64,000 nt of DNA from an uncultured Nitrososphaerota archaeon (GTDB lineage: Archaea > Thermoproteota > Nitrososphaeria > Nitrososphaerales > Gagatemarchaeaceae), in assembly GCA_963838925.1 (NCBI GenBank), contig CAWISW010000002.1, positions 549,635-613,634 of the forward strand, in the 5' to 3' direction. Position 1 is the stretch's first letter, and every line of letters starts with the position of its first letter. The position numbers were made by a program, and so were the translations under genes. This document shows positions 29,906-40,642 of this stretch, one piece after another. A model generated the notes under the pieces. The model was given only the letters and a program-made list of their open reading frames with translations. It made no database searches and had not been told where the DNA came from.

Positions 29906-31144
29906 TCACAGAAACTCTTGGCTTTCGATGCTTGAGCGCTGCCTGCCCAGGTCGAGCAGGATCGCCATCGACAGGAGCGCAAACAGCGGCATCACCTCTT
30001 GAAAGATGCCGCTAGGGGTTACCAAGCTGATTAGTGAAGTGGCGATCGCCACGACCATCAGGGAACGTTTCCAACTTGCGGCTAGCAGCATCGAGTATAC
30101 GATGAGAAAGTAATACCTGTAGAAACCAGGGTGGATCGTCAGCGCAAACAGCACGAAGACCACCACCGAGGAGTATGCGCCCATGAGAAACACGAATCCT
30201 CGCTCTTTTCTCACAGAGAACAGCGCGACGCCCACCAAGAGCGCGAAAGGCAGCAGTACGAACCCGCCCACCTCGTTCAAGATCACGTAGAACGAGCCAA
30301 CCGACGACGCTACCGCCGACTGCGTTACCACAGTCCCACAAATGGAAGTGAGCGCGCTTGTGCCGAAAGTCGCACAAGAGCCGGGTGCGATCGATGTGGC
30401 CGAGATGAGGCCGCTACCAGTGGGGACGTAGCTCAAGGCGGGCAGACCGAGCTTCTCCAGAACGCTGAACGAGACCTCAACGAGAAATTGCGAGGGCGCG
30501 AGGATGAGAAACGGCGTGCACCCCGCTAGAACCGTCAAAGATGCTGTCCCAAACCACTTGGAGATTTGGCGGGGACGAGCGGACCACATCGCAGCCAAAT
30601 AGGCAGGAAGAAGAAAGAGGGCATCCTGCTTGAACAGCACGGCTACGCCAAAGCAGACTGCGGCGGTCAGAACCTTGCGCGTCTGCATCAGGTAGAAGCT
30701 GAGAAGAAGGAAGAAGACCATCGGCTCGCTGCTGAACCAAAGGTACCCTTCGTAGAGCAGCATGAAGGGAGAGAGAGCGTACACGAGCCCCCCCGCGATC
30801 GCGATGTTGCGGTCCGCATAGCGTCGGAGGAGGAGGTAGATCACCACTGCGCTCCCCGCATCTGACAGGACTATGGGCAGCCACGCCAGTGCGGCCCCGC
30901 CCAAAGCGTAGAACGGATAGAGCGAGTAGAGAAACAGCGGGGGATAATTGTAGGCGAAGTCCCGATAAGGCAAGAGCCCCTGGCTAATTTGCTGTAACTG
31001 TGAAACATAGATGCCGCCGTAGTCATTGAATATCTCCAGTTGAAGGACTGGGGGTCCCCACACACCGTGAACGAGTCTTAACGTCGACATTAGCAGCCTC
31101 GCAGCAAGGGCGATTGCAAATATGGCGAGTGCTTCCCTCTTCAA
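29906..31144 (-). CDS. Multi-TM GT-C glycosyltransferase (GT87/PMT-like)
   Basis: PYRDFAYNYPP motif, FKQ motif, about 10 TM segments. Confidence 0.75.
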   Translation of the reverse strand: MKREALAIFAIALAARLLMSTLRLVHGVWGPPVLQLEIFNDYGGIYVSQLQQISQGLLPYRDFAYNYPPLFLYSLYPFYALGGAALAWLPIVLSDAGSAVVIYLLLRRYADRNIAIAGGLVYALSPFMLLYEGYLWFSSEPMVFFLLLSFYLMQTRKVLTAAVCFGVAVLFKQDALFLLPAYLAAMWSARPRQISKWFGTASLTVLAGCTPFLILAPSQFLVEVSFSVLEKLGLPALSYVPTGSGLISATSIAPGSCATFGTSALTSICGTVVTQSAVASSVGSFYVILNEVGGFVLLPFALLVGVALFSVRKERGFVFLMGAYSSVVVFVLFALTIHPGFYRYYFLIVYSMLLAASWKRSLMVVAIATSLISLVTPSGIFQEVMPLFALLSMAILLDLGRQRSSIESQEFL

Positions 31145-31442
31145 TTCTTGCCATTCACCAAACGTGTCTTGTCAAGCTCTTTCAGGGAAATACCCAGACC
31201 TGACGTCGAGAGCTGGCTTGAGGTTCCATTCCAAATGTGAGCCAGAGCAGCCAAACGAGCGCTTATATTGCTCGCGATGCCTATTCGAGTCATAGCAGCG
31301 CCCCGACTCCGGTCCTCGCACCACGGGAATTTCATGAGCCGAAGGTCAATACTGAATGCGCGCCGCTTAATCGCCTACTCAGACACCAGGGGCGCGAAAA
31401 ATGCATCCTGTCAGCGCCCGTCTGTTCTCTAGGCCTTTTCGT

Positions 31443-31954
31443 CTAGTTCCAGGTACCTGGAGAAGCAGAACTGCTCCGTTCCCCATTGTTACCGTGCCAG
31501 TGTATGATTGACCCGTCACGGCGTCGCTGCTGAGCGTGTCTGTCGCTGGGATGTTGAGGCTTATCGGGTTACCGTTGGTGGTGGCTCCTGTCTTCCTGCC
31601 GCCGCGACGGTGCACCCGGTGGATGGGGTGAACGTGTTGACCGCTCCTGCCCACGTGATGGTCACTCCAGTGACCGTCGTGGCTGCGGTGCCGGTGTTGG
31701 TGATGGTGAGGTCGTTGGCTGCGCCCAGGGTGCTGCAGGCGAAGGTGGTTGTGGACCCGCTGGCCTATGTTGTCCGCTGCGATGAGGTTCTGCGAAGTCA
31801 CTTGAGACCTGCGCGGAACTCGAGGACGAGCCGAAGATGCCGAAGACGAAGCCACCGATTGCGACTGCCGCAATCAGGGTGACCGCGATGATCAGCACGG
31901 TGGCTATGATCGGCGAGATGGCCTTGCGTTGGTGAGATCACGTTCTATCTTTAT
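31443..31954 (-). pseudogene. Near-identical tandem copy of pilin 32159..32674 with several indels and no clean start
   Basis: QRKAISPIIATVLIIAVTL...; ATA AAG ATA where the intact copy has ATG AAA ATA; multiple frame breaks. Confidence 0.6.
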
Positions 31955-32111
31955 CCTTCGCAATGACATACGTTTTGGCCTATTTACCCGTTGTGAAAGC
32001 GCAATCTGGAGTCCTGGAACGGCAAGCCCTGTCGCTCGGCGTCCGATTGGCAATGGCCAAAAAGGAGCATCAAGACCAGCTGCGAGATCTGATTTTAAAA
32101 AAGAGGAGACT

Positions 32112-32135
32112 GGAATCCTGTTTTGCCAGGATTCC
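32112..32135 (-). terminator. Hairpin plus T-tract after pilin gene
   Basis: GGAATCCTG-N6-CAGGATTCC perfect 9-bp stem followed on the minus strand by CTCCTCTTTTTT. Confidence 0.7.
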
Positions 32136-32158
32136 GTCTGTTCGTTAGTCCTTCTCGC

Positions 32159-32674
32159 CTAGTTGAAGGTGCCTGTGAACAGGAGAACGGCTCCGTTCCC
32201 CATAGTGACTGTGCCAGTGTATGTCTGGCCTGTCACTCCGCTCACGGTGAGCGTGTTGGTTGCTGGGGAAGTTGAGGGCGATTGGGTTACCGTTGGTGGT
32301 GGCTCCTGCGTTTCCTGCCGCCGCGACGGTGCAGCGGTGGATGGGGTGAACGAGTTGACCGCTCCTGCCCACGTGATGGTCACTCCCGTGACCGTCGTGG
32401 CTGCGGTGCCGGTGTTGGTGAGGACGAGGTCGTTGGCTGCGCCCAGTGTGCTGCAGGCGAAGGTGGTTGTGGATCCGGTGGACTTGTTGTCGGCCGCCAG
32501 CAAGTTCTGCGAAGTCACTGAGACCTGCGCCGAACTCGAGGACGAGCCGAAGATGCCGAAGACGAAGCCACCGATTGCGACTGCCGCAATCAGGGTGACC
32601 GCGATGATCAGCACGGTGGCTATGATCGGCGAGATGGCTTTCCTTTGTCCGTACTTTCCGTTCCGTATTTTCAT
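32159..32674 (-). CDS. Type IV pilin (major pilin candidate)
   Basis: MKIRNGKYGQRKA/ISPIIATVLIIAVTLIAAVAIGGFVFG class III signal; probable compensating indels internally. Confidence 0.9.
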   Translation of the reverse strand: MKIRNGKYGQRKAISPIIATVLIIAVTLIAAVAIGGFVFGIFGSSSSSAQVSVTSQNLLAADNKSTGSTTTFACSTLGAANDLVLTNTGTAATTVTGVTITWAGAVNSFTPSTAAPSRRQETQEPPPTVTQSPSTSPATNTLTVSGVTGQTYTGTVTMGNGAVLLFTGTFN

Positions 32675-32699
32675 TGTTAGGCTCTCTGGGCGGGTTTGG

Positions 32700-32706
32700 T
32701 ATATAA
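32700..32706 (-). promoter_or_regulatory. TATA box of pilin gene
   Basis: TTATATA about 26 nt upstream of ATG at 32674. Confidence 0.7.
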
Positions 32707-32784
32707 GAACCGTGGGAATTACTAGTATGGTTTTGAAATCCATAGGAAATTAAATACCTAGACCGCGGCGTTATCTCTCATCTC

Positions 32785-33220
32785 ATGAGTCGTCTCACCG
32801 ATGGCTTCCGCAGGGCCAATGAAAGAGACAGGGCGTTCATCATGAGCCTGAACCTGGGTTTCCTTGACAAGGTCCTGATCCCTCTATACGCCGCTTTCCT
32901 GTGCCTAGACTTTCTTAGATGTCTACTCGACTCTGATGGCGATGAAGAGCAGCTTCGACTTCAAGGAGCTGAACCCAATCGCGTCGGCCCTCTTCTCGAT
33001 GCGTTTCGACGGCTTCCTCATCGCGATCGCCTTCAAGTATCTCCCAGCGATACCCCTCTTCTACCTCGTATTCGCGAGGGACTCTTCGGGGCTCCACCCG
33101 TTCCAGATCAGGCTGGTGAGGTTCGTGGGGCTGGTCGCGCTCGTCGCCGCCGACGGCCTTCTCGGCTACATAGTCGCGTGGAACAACATTCCTACCCTCC
33201 TGTCCTTCCTGACGCACTAA
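32785..33220 (+). CDS. Small membrane protein, DUF5658-like (frameshift near 32910)
   Basis: LD..ST..A...F.ELNPIA motif when frames are joined. Confidence 0.55.
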
Positions 33221-33304
33221 GACCGCCCCTCGCGCGCCCAGAAGGAACATGAATTACTAATACACAAAACTATTAATTATGGCAAAGCCTTCAAAAAGCT
33301 CGTC

Positions 33305-33832
33305 TTGAAGTCAAGAGACCCCATCTCTGACGACCTTAACGGCGACTCCTCAGGGAGCATCGTCGACGACCTGACAACGCTCCAGAGCGAGTTCGCCCAG
33401 CTGTCCGAGCTCGACGAGATGGAGCGTAACTATACCAGGAAGCTCATAGAATCGCTCAAGGTCCTGCAATCAGAGGTGGATGTGGCGCTCCCTCTCCAGA
33501 AGGAGAGCCTCGGACCAGCCTATTCCAGCGCGAAAGAGGCGTATCTTGCCTCCGATTGCGTGGTGATCGTCGTAGGCGCGGACGACGGAAAGAGCTCGAT
33601 CCCGCTAACCCACTTCGACCCGAAATACGTCCTTTCGATAGTGAAGGAGGCCACCCCAGCCCTCGCTCAGATAATCTCTGAGAAGCGTAAGGAGGTCGGC
33701 TCGAGGGTAGACCTGCTCGAGAGGATACTAAAGGAGGTCAAGAAGGCCGGGAACATGGCCAAGCAGACCGAACGGAGCGCCCCGCAGGCCGCATCAGAGG
33801 ACCTGGTTCAAAACTCAATAACTAGCGAATAG
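33305..33832 (+). CDS. Hypothetical coiled-coil protein
   Basis: Charged helical ORF, host-like codon usage. Confidence 0.65.
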   Translation: MKSRDPISDDLNGDSSGSIVDDLTTLQSEFAQLSELDEMERNYTRKLIESLKVLQSEVDVALPLQKESLGPAYSSAKEAYLASDCVVIVVGADDGKSSIPLTHFDPKYVLSIVKEATPALAQIISEKRKEVGSRVDLLERILKEVKKAGNMAKQTERSAPQAASEDLVQNSITSE

Positions 33833-33857
33833 GAAGCTGACGCTGAGTTCCGGGTAA

Positions 33858-34374
33858 TTGTCCCAGCGGCATCCTGATCTAGCGACCGGCTTGATGAAAT
33901 TCTATACCCAGGCCGAGATCATCAAGTACATGAAGGAGGTCTCGGAGTACTACCAGAAGGAGTCCGAGAAGTACGGGGACAAGCTTGGAGGGATGCTGAG
34001 GACGGGTCCGGGAGAGGCGCCAAAGGAAGAAAAGGAGAAGAAGCAGGACAAGGGCGACAAGAAGAACGTCCAGAAGGGAAAGCCCAGCAGCGGCGGCGGG
34101 TGGGTCAAGATGGGCTCAATGATGATCAACACGGCGAACTCGGGCCCGGCCATCACGGAGGTGATGTACCAGGTGCACGAGGACCTGAAGTCCAAGCTGG
34201 CAAGGACGAACGAGGCGCTAAAGTCGTTCGAGCAGAACGCGAGCACCCTGATCCCCCAGAACGCGGTCGTTCCAGCTGTACGTCCGCAACGGGGTGCCCG
34301 AGAGGCTCGTCGTGGAGGCGGAGGAGGCCAAGAAGACGGTCTTCAGCTTCGACGGCCAGTTCAGGGTCGTCTGA
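33858..34374 (+). CDS. Hypothetical protein (frameshift near 34270)
   Basis: Joined frames end QLYVRNGVPERLVVEAEEAKKTVFSFDGQFRVV*. Confidence 0.6.
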
Positions 34375-34409
34375 GGCCCTTTTAGGCTCTGGACCCCCAG
34401 CCTCCCAGC

Positions 34410-34441
34410 TTAGAACATGTATGACCGCTCGCCTCAGGACT
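34410..34441 (-). repeat. Decayed copy of the 3' end of the vWA gene (35261..35292)
   Basis: TTAGAACATGTATGACCGCTCGCCTCAGGACT versus CTAGAAACTGTATGCCAGCTCGAGGTAGGACT, 23/32 ungapped, stop codon aligned. Confidence 0.55.
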
Positions 34442-34476
34442 CGGGATCATACCCTCATCGCCTAACTGGGAAATCA

Positions 34477-34851
34477 CTAGCCTGACAAAGAAAGTGTTGC
34501 GCTAGGTCCGTCCAACGTCGTGACAAAGGATTCTAAGAATCTCCTTCCCACCAGCGTTCTGCCACGTGACGGGGCGGCATGAACAAGTGTGCGCACTCGC
34601 CATGAGCCTGCCTTGACTTCTTCGCTCGCAGTGTACAGCGCCACCCTCCTTGAATCAGGCATGACGACGAGATATTCTTCTGGGTCGAGCTCCGCTAGGA
34701 GGCCGAGCGACTGGAAGGTCGAGAAAGGTATGATGATCCCGCCAGAGAATCCGGTATCCACGACGCATTCAAGCATCATCCCGGCCAATTCGACCGAGAC
34801 CACCGGCGCACTAGGACTGAATCTCGTGCTGTACTTCCAGGTCTGGTCCAA
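34477..34851 (-). CDS. Clan AA aspartic protease
   Basis: VVDTGFSG and TLVGRRFL motifs. Confidence 0.8.
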   Translation of the reverse strand: MDQTWKYSTRFSPSAPVVSVELAGMMLECVVDTGFSGGIIIPFSTFQSLGLLAELDPEEYLVVMPDSRRVALYTASEEVKAGSWRVRTLVHAAPSRGRTLVGRRFLESFVTTLDGPSATLSLSG

Positions 34852-35257
34852 GCTCTAGCTCACGGGTTTGCGGCATCTTGTCGACAACGAACGTCAAGGC
34901 GACCTTGAACCGCGAGGAGAAGCCTCGCGCCTCTTCATAGGAGCTGAAGACACCTTGAAGTTTCCTTCCAGAAATCACCACTGCCTCGCCTTTGTGGCTC
35001 TTCAAGTCGTTCCAGTGGGCCTTCACGTACTGGACGTTACGCCTCACTTCTTTCTGAATGTCATCTTGAGATCGCGCGCTCTCGACCCAGCCTCTAAGGG
35101 CTTCGCTCACGGCCAATCCCATCGAAACTCCTTGGAGCGCGGCCGCTGATTTGGCCTTCCTGTAGACATCCTCGTCGACGTCCCTAATCAGGACTTGCTT
35201 CTTCACAGTAGTTATCATGTTAAACATGATAATAAGCATCACTGCGGAGTCTTGCAC
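34811..35257 (-). CDS. RHH-containing partner of the aspartic protease (start uncertain)
   Basis: KQVLIRDVDEDVYRKAKSAAALQGVSMG.AVSEAL RHH plus a DUF5678-like C-terminal half. Confidence 0.65.
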   Translation of the reverse strand: MQDSAVMLIIMFNMITTVKKQVLIRDVDEDVYRKAKSAAALQGVSMGLAVSEALRGWVESARSQDDIQKEVRRNVQYVKAHWNDLKSHKGEAVVISGRKLQGVFSSYEEARGFSSRFKVALTFVVDKMPQTRELELGPDLEVQHEIQS

Positions 35258-35260
35258 TCA

Positions 35261-36951
35261 CTAGAAACTGTATGCCAGCTCGAGGTAGGACTTTGCGAAG
35301 GTCTTCATCATCTCGTAGGGGGTGCTCAGGACGCAGTTGACGGGGAAGTACTGCTTTATCGCGCCGCTGTCCACTCCCACCCCCATGAGGTAGATGTCCG
35401 ACTTGGCGAAGCCCTTTATGACGGAGACGAGCTTCTTCTCGATGTCGTTGTAGCCCGAGGGGTACCCGTCCGAGACGACCACCAGGATCCGCACCCCGGC
35501 CTCCCTCGTGCTGAGGGCCTTGTGGGCCACCTGCAGGGCGTCCGGGAGGAGGGTGGTGCTCCTCTGGGTGAGGCCCCCGATCCTTGCCTTGGTAGTCATG
35601 TCATAGTTCTCGGTAAAGTCCTTGATCACCTGGATCGAGTTGTTGAACGAGAGCATCGCCCATTGGGTCCGCTGCCTCATCATCTTGGTGGCGACCTCCG
35701 CCAGGCAGGTGGCAATCCCTCTGGTCTCCTGGGCGAAGCTGGAGAGGCTCTTGCTCGCGTCGATCAGTATGACCCACGCCTCGTCCTTGTACATTGGCTG
35801 CAGCTGCTCGAAGACGTCGGTCCTATCGGACTGCGTCGCCATCACCTGCATGACCGCCTGGGTGTCGAGCTGCGACCCCGCGTCGTGTCCGGAGAGGTCG
35901 TCGAGGACGTTCTTCACCATCATCAGCTGATCTCTGACGTTCTTTATCGGGCCTGCCAGCTCTGACCTCACGCGCTGGAAGGCGGCGTAGTCGCCGGGAG
36001 GGAACTCGATGCTTTCGAGCCTGGTCGGCGCTATCAATCCCTCGTAGTATGCCATGATCTTGGCCTCCCTCACAGTTGAGGTCTCCGTGCCTGTGAGGAC
36101 CTCCTGCGCCTCGGACTGGAATGTCGCGTCCGTTGGGATGGGGTCTTCGGTGAGCCCCACCCTTCCTAGTGCAGACCTGAGCAACGAGTCCCCCCTGACC
36201 AGGGTCGTGTTCCAGAATCTTGCCGTCGAACAGGTCGCATGGGCCATGGGCCTCGGTGAAGGGGAAGCATGGTATCTCGGGCAGCTGCCCTCGGGAGCTG
36301 ACCGCCAAGTAGACCGCCTGTGCGGCCTTTACCAGGATGGCCTTCTTCTCAGGCGACTTTGCCTTCACGTATTCCTCGACGTCGATTCTGACCCGTTCGT
36401 CTACGCCGAAGACCTCCGCGTCCTCCTCGCGCGAGAGCCTCCCTCCGCTGGGCTTGAACACCCCGGCCGAGCTCAAGAGGAGCTTTGTCGCCACGCGAAG
36501 CGGCGAGTTTGTGATCTCTTCCGGGTCGGAAAGGCGCAACGCGGAGAGGTAGCTGGCGTAGGCCAGGTCGGCGAGGACTCCGGCCCATTTTGACCTCGCC
36601 TCGGTGAGGATGTGGATGTCCTCGACCAAAGAGACGGCGAAGGTCGCCGCGCTCACGTCCTTGGCCTTTGCCCAGGGGGCGTAGCCTCTAAAATCTGAGA
36701 ATGCCGCGTGAAGAGAGAGGTGGAAGAGCGACGCCCTGAAGGTGCGCCAGGTGGTCTCCCAGCCTTTGGAGTCCTGGTCCGCGTATAGGCCCTGGAGCTG
36801 ATAGAACTTCTCGTCGACGATCTTCGGGGACGGAAGCTTGGCTACAAAGCCCCTGCTGTCCCCAGAAAGCATGGGGACCTTCAAGGAATCGTCGAGGATG
36901 AGCCTGAATGTGTCGTAGTCGCGCTGCGCTATGCTCGTCGCAGTGTTCCAC
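35261..36951 (-). CDS. vWA-domain partner of MoxR ATPase (NorD/CbbO-like; frameshifts near 36220 and 36890)
   Basis: ILIDASKSL MIDAS-like motif and VVSDGYP; N-terminal half lies in ORF 35823..36884. Confidence 0.8.
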
Positions 36952-36957
36952 GCGTAA

Positions 36958-39454
36958 TCAAGGATGTTCAGTCTTTTCTACCGGCTTGGTCGTTGCGGGG
37001 CTCGCTACGGGGCTCGCTACGGGGTTGGTCCCACTGCTGCTGCTTGCCCCGGTCGTTCCGGAACCGAAGACCAGCGCGCAGATCCTTCTCACGATCGCCT
37101 GAACCTCGGCGTCGTCTGAGGTCAGCGAGACCAGGGTCTCATCGCAGGCCGCCTTGGGGTCGAGTCCGTCGGCGATGAGAGTGGACCAGTTGAGCAGGTC
37201 TCCGACCGACGGCCCGTAAGGCAGGTCTCCACTCTTGTACCTCTTCCTACACTCCGCCCCGACCCGAATCACCTTTTCCGCGATGTCCATGGGCAGCTTC
37301 GCGCGCTCCGAGAGCATCTTTACCTCGCGCGCAGATATCCTCGTCCCGACGCTCAGATAGTCGAAATCTATCCAGACGCTCATGCGCCTCCGGAAGGCAG
37401 CGTTGAGCGGCTTGGTGCCCGAAAACTCGGAAGAATATGGGTTCATGCTGATGACGACGTAGCCGAACTGGTGCCTGGGTATCACCTCGTTGTCCTTCTC
37501 GTTGAGGACCATGTGCCCTCTCGTGTCGAGGACGGGGTTGAGCCTGGTGGCGATGTCCTGCTTCATCATGTTCGCCTCGTCCAGATAGAGAATCCCGCCG
37601 TATCTCATCCACGAGACTATCGTCCCGTCGATCCAGTTGTCCTTCCCCAGGCCGACGAACCTTCCGAACATGTCGTACACGGACGTCTGGAGACCGCAGT
37701 TGATCTCCCAGAGCGGGAGGCCGGCGATCTGGGCCACGAGATAGACGATGTGGGTGTTGTGGGTCAAGACGCCGCCGAAGCCGGCTGCAAAGGTCTCTGT
37801 TCCCGGGACTTCGAAGTCGTAGACCCAGCCATCGTAGGGTTTCCGCTCGACGCGTTTCACTGTGTCCCAAAGGACGTCTGTCTCAGCCATGTCGCCAAGA
37901 TCCGGAGAGCGAAGATCGGCCGCAATCCTTGAGAGGGTCAGGAGGCCAATCAGGCCCGTGCGCGAATAGAGACGTGATACGGTTCGTTTGTGGTAAGCTT
38001 TTGTCTTCAGTTGCGCGGGCAGCCGTTTGTAGGCCCTTTTTGCAATCACCAGCATCCCTGGAGTAACTCTGACTTTCTCGACGTGCCCCCTGTTGTCGGT
38101 CGCGTCTGTAAGCCCTGTTATCTTGACTCCAAGTCTAGCGGCGCCGTCCCTCGCCATAGACAGCGCGTAGGCAGTTGCTCCTTGCGTCTTCTTCACGCGC
38201 ATGGTCGGGAAGATGCCGAGCTGCTCACAGAGAATCATGAGCCCATTGGCGAGTTCTTTGCTCGAAGTGCCAAGCAAGAGTTCCGAACCCTCCTCCTCCC
38301 AGCCGTCACCCTCGACAAAACCACGCAGGAACGCGACCTTCGAAGCGTCCGAGGCCGCAAAAAGAAAGTCAGGGACCTTCTTGTACCTCGCTTGCGACCC
38401 TTTTCCGCTACCTACTCTCCTGCTGACGGTAGCCAAAGAGAGCATGGAAACGAACGCCTTGCTGAAGACTCGAACCTCTGTGAGCCCTCTCTGTAGTCTG
38501 GTGGATGTGACAAGGCCCATTGACGTCAAAAGCTTCGCACATCTCTCAATCACCAGTGCTTCCTTCTGATACAGGGAGGCGAAGCCCTGGCCTACGTAAC
38601 CCTCAGCGACGAAGAACCCCAAGAACCAGCAGAACTCCTCACTTAGAGCGATGATTGCGGGAGCTGGAATCTGGATGGATTCTCTTCCCCCGAGAACCAC
38701 GCCCCTCTCGGTCAGCTTGGCGCCCGGAACCAGTTCCGCAACCGCAATCTCGGTGAGCGGCGAGCAATCCAGCTTGGGTATCCTACGCATGATGGGTATC
38801 CTCGTTCCGGGCCTGACTTGTCCCGCTTTGATCTCTGCATCGTCGGTGATGAATGAATGGTCTGGAGTCGCCCTTATCGACCTGTTCCGGCTGGTGGTTA
38901 CCTCTACGACGGCACCCTTGTACGCCGATCGAGCGATTGCGTGGGCCCTCTTCCAGGAGACGCCGCCTGACAACCTGTCGATGGACAGGACTCGAAGGTC
39001 GAGCGCGTCGAGGACAATCGTCTCCCACTTGTCTTCGTCTAGCCCAACGGGGTATTTTCGCCCCAGTTCTTCGAACAGCGAATCAACTGTAATCAGCTTG
39101 GGCTTTCCGTTAAGCATAACGAAGACCGGTTCGCCAAGGCAAACGCTCTTGCCCGTGCCGCTGGGACCGATGAGGGCTGTCTGCTTGAAATAGTAGAGGG
39201 CGCGCATGATCCTCTCGACGTAGCCCTCGCCTTCGTCGACGTAGTCCGGCACCTTGGAAGGGATCATGGACTTTAGCGACTCCGGGCACGGGATAGCCGA
39301 CGCCGAGGTCGTACTTTGAGACCCCGTACCGCTCCTTGAGCGACTGCTCGCCTGTGCGCGGTGTGACCGAGAGTTTTACAGAGAGACGGGCTCCCTTTCC
39401 TTCCGAAGACGTGGTAATGGTCGTCTTGGGGTTCTTATCGTCATGAGAGCTCAT
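36958..39454 (-). CDS. MoxR/CbbQ/NirQ AAA+ ATPase with intein (frameshift near 39270)
   Basis: GPSGTGK|T Walker A split by the intein, LYLDEAN Walker B, SMNP, LNAAFRRR. Confidence 0.9.
37756..39147 (-). mobile_element. Intein with LAGLIDADG homing endonuclease, 464 aa, inserted in Walker A
   Basis: Starts SVCLGEPV after GK; ATPDHSF block B; FLGFFVAEG and FLRGFVEGDG; VYDFEV...THN/T C-terminus. Confidence 0.92.
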
Positions 39455-39580
39455 CGGACAGGGCAAAACACGCTAACTTATAATTAAATGCTTATGGATT
39501 CGCAGTTCATAACCGTGGTTCGTATACGTTTAAATTGACTTGAGTGATGTTCCTTCATCGGTCGGTCAGGTCATTTCCCA

Positions 39581-40015
39581 ATGGTAGAAGTAGAAGTCCT
39601 GGTGAAGAACGTGGAGGCGGTTCGCCTCAGCGAGGAAGCAGGGGACGAGACTAAAGTCACCTTCGACGTCGCGGCATCCATGACCGAGGTCGACCACCAG
39701 GCTGGGCAGTTCACTCTCAAGTTCAGCATAGCCATCACATCCCAGCCACCGGTGGCGAAGATGGACGTATCGGGGACCGCCCGGATCACCGGCGAGGAGC
39801 CCGAGATTCAGGAGCTCTTGAAGACCCCAGACGGGAACACGCCTCCCCCCGTCTTCATGAGCATCTACCAGAAGGTCTACGCGATCCTCTACCTCCTCTC
39901 AGGGTCCCTGAAGATACCCTACCCGTCTCCAGGATTGATGAAGGTGGTTAAGATGGCGTCTCCGAGCGAGATGGGCTCCGCCAAGGAAGAGAAGGCGCCT
40001 TCGATATCGGTCTAA
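39581..40015 (+). CDS. Hypothetical protein, possibly SecB-like fold
   Basis: Four beta-strand pattern, then helix and PYPSP; paralog of 40133..40642. Confidence 0.55.
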   Translation: MVEVEVLVKNVEAVRLSEEAGDETKVTFDVAASMTEVDHQAGQFTLKFSIAITSQPPVAKMDVSGTARITGEEPEIQELLKTPDGNTPPPVFMSIYQKVYAILYLLSGSLKIPYPSPGLMKVVKMASPSEMGSAKEEKAPSISV

Positions 40016-40132
40016 GGCGAGTTCCAGCCACAAAGCATCTTTAGGCTAGTTGCAAACGCGGGCTTGGACCTGGTTTTCGTCTACCATTCTTGCTGAGGAA
40101 CGCGAATTGCGCTTGATGCCCAGCCTGTGAGT

Positions 40133-40642
40133 CTACTGGGCGATGGGTGCGATGGGCTCGGCGATCGGCACAGTCAGAGGTGCCGGCTGAGGCTCTTCTA
40201 CCATCACTCCAGGCGCCAGGTGGACGTCTTGGATGAGCCACGGGGAGGGTGCTGCCAGTCCCGCTGTCTCCAGCGTAAGGTACAGCGACTCGAAGTTCTT
40301 CTGGTAGATCTGCATCGCGATGGCCGAGATCTTGTCCTCGCCTAGGGCTTGCAGGTCGGTCACCTTCGTTATCCTCGGGCTTGTTATCGTCACTTCGCCT
40401 TCGAGCTCCGCCCTCTCGACCGCGGGGTTGGCGTCGATGAAGAGGGTGTACCTCAGGCGGAGCCTTCCGTTGGCGGTCTCGATCTCCTTGATGTCAGCGC
40501 CGAGGTCGAAGGAGACCTTGGGCATCGCCGCGCTGCTGTGACCGAGAGTGAGCTTTGAGACCTTGATCCTGGAGAGAGTGCAGTTGAAATCTGTAATGTC
40601 TAATTCGAATGGCTTGTTGCCCTTGTCGCTGTACATCACCAC
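40133..40642 (-). CDS. Hypothetical protein, possibly SecB-like fold
   Basis: KVSFD..A...IYQK...LYL....APSP shared with 39581..40015. Confidence 0.55.
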   Translation of the reverse strand: MVMYSDKGNKPFELDITDFNCTLSRIKVSKLTLGHSSAAMPKVSFDLGADIKEIETANGRLRLRYTLFIDANPAVERAELEGEVTITSPRITKVTDLQALGEDKISAIAMQIYQKNFESLYLTLETAGLAAPSPWLIQDVHLAPGVMVEEPQPAPLTVPIAEPIAPIAQ

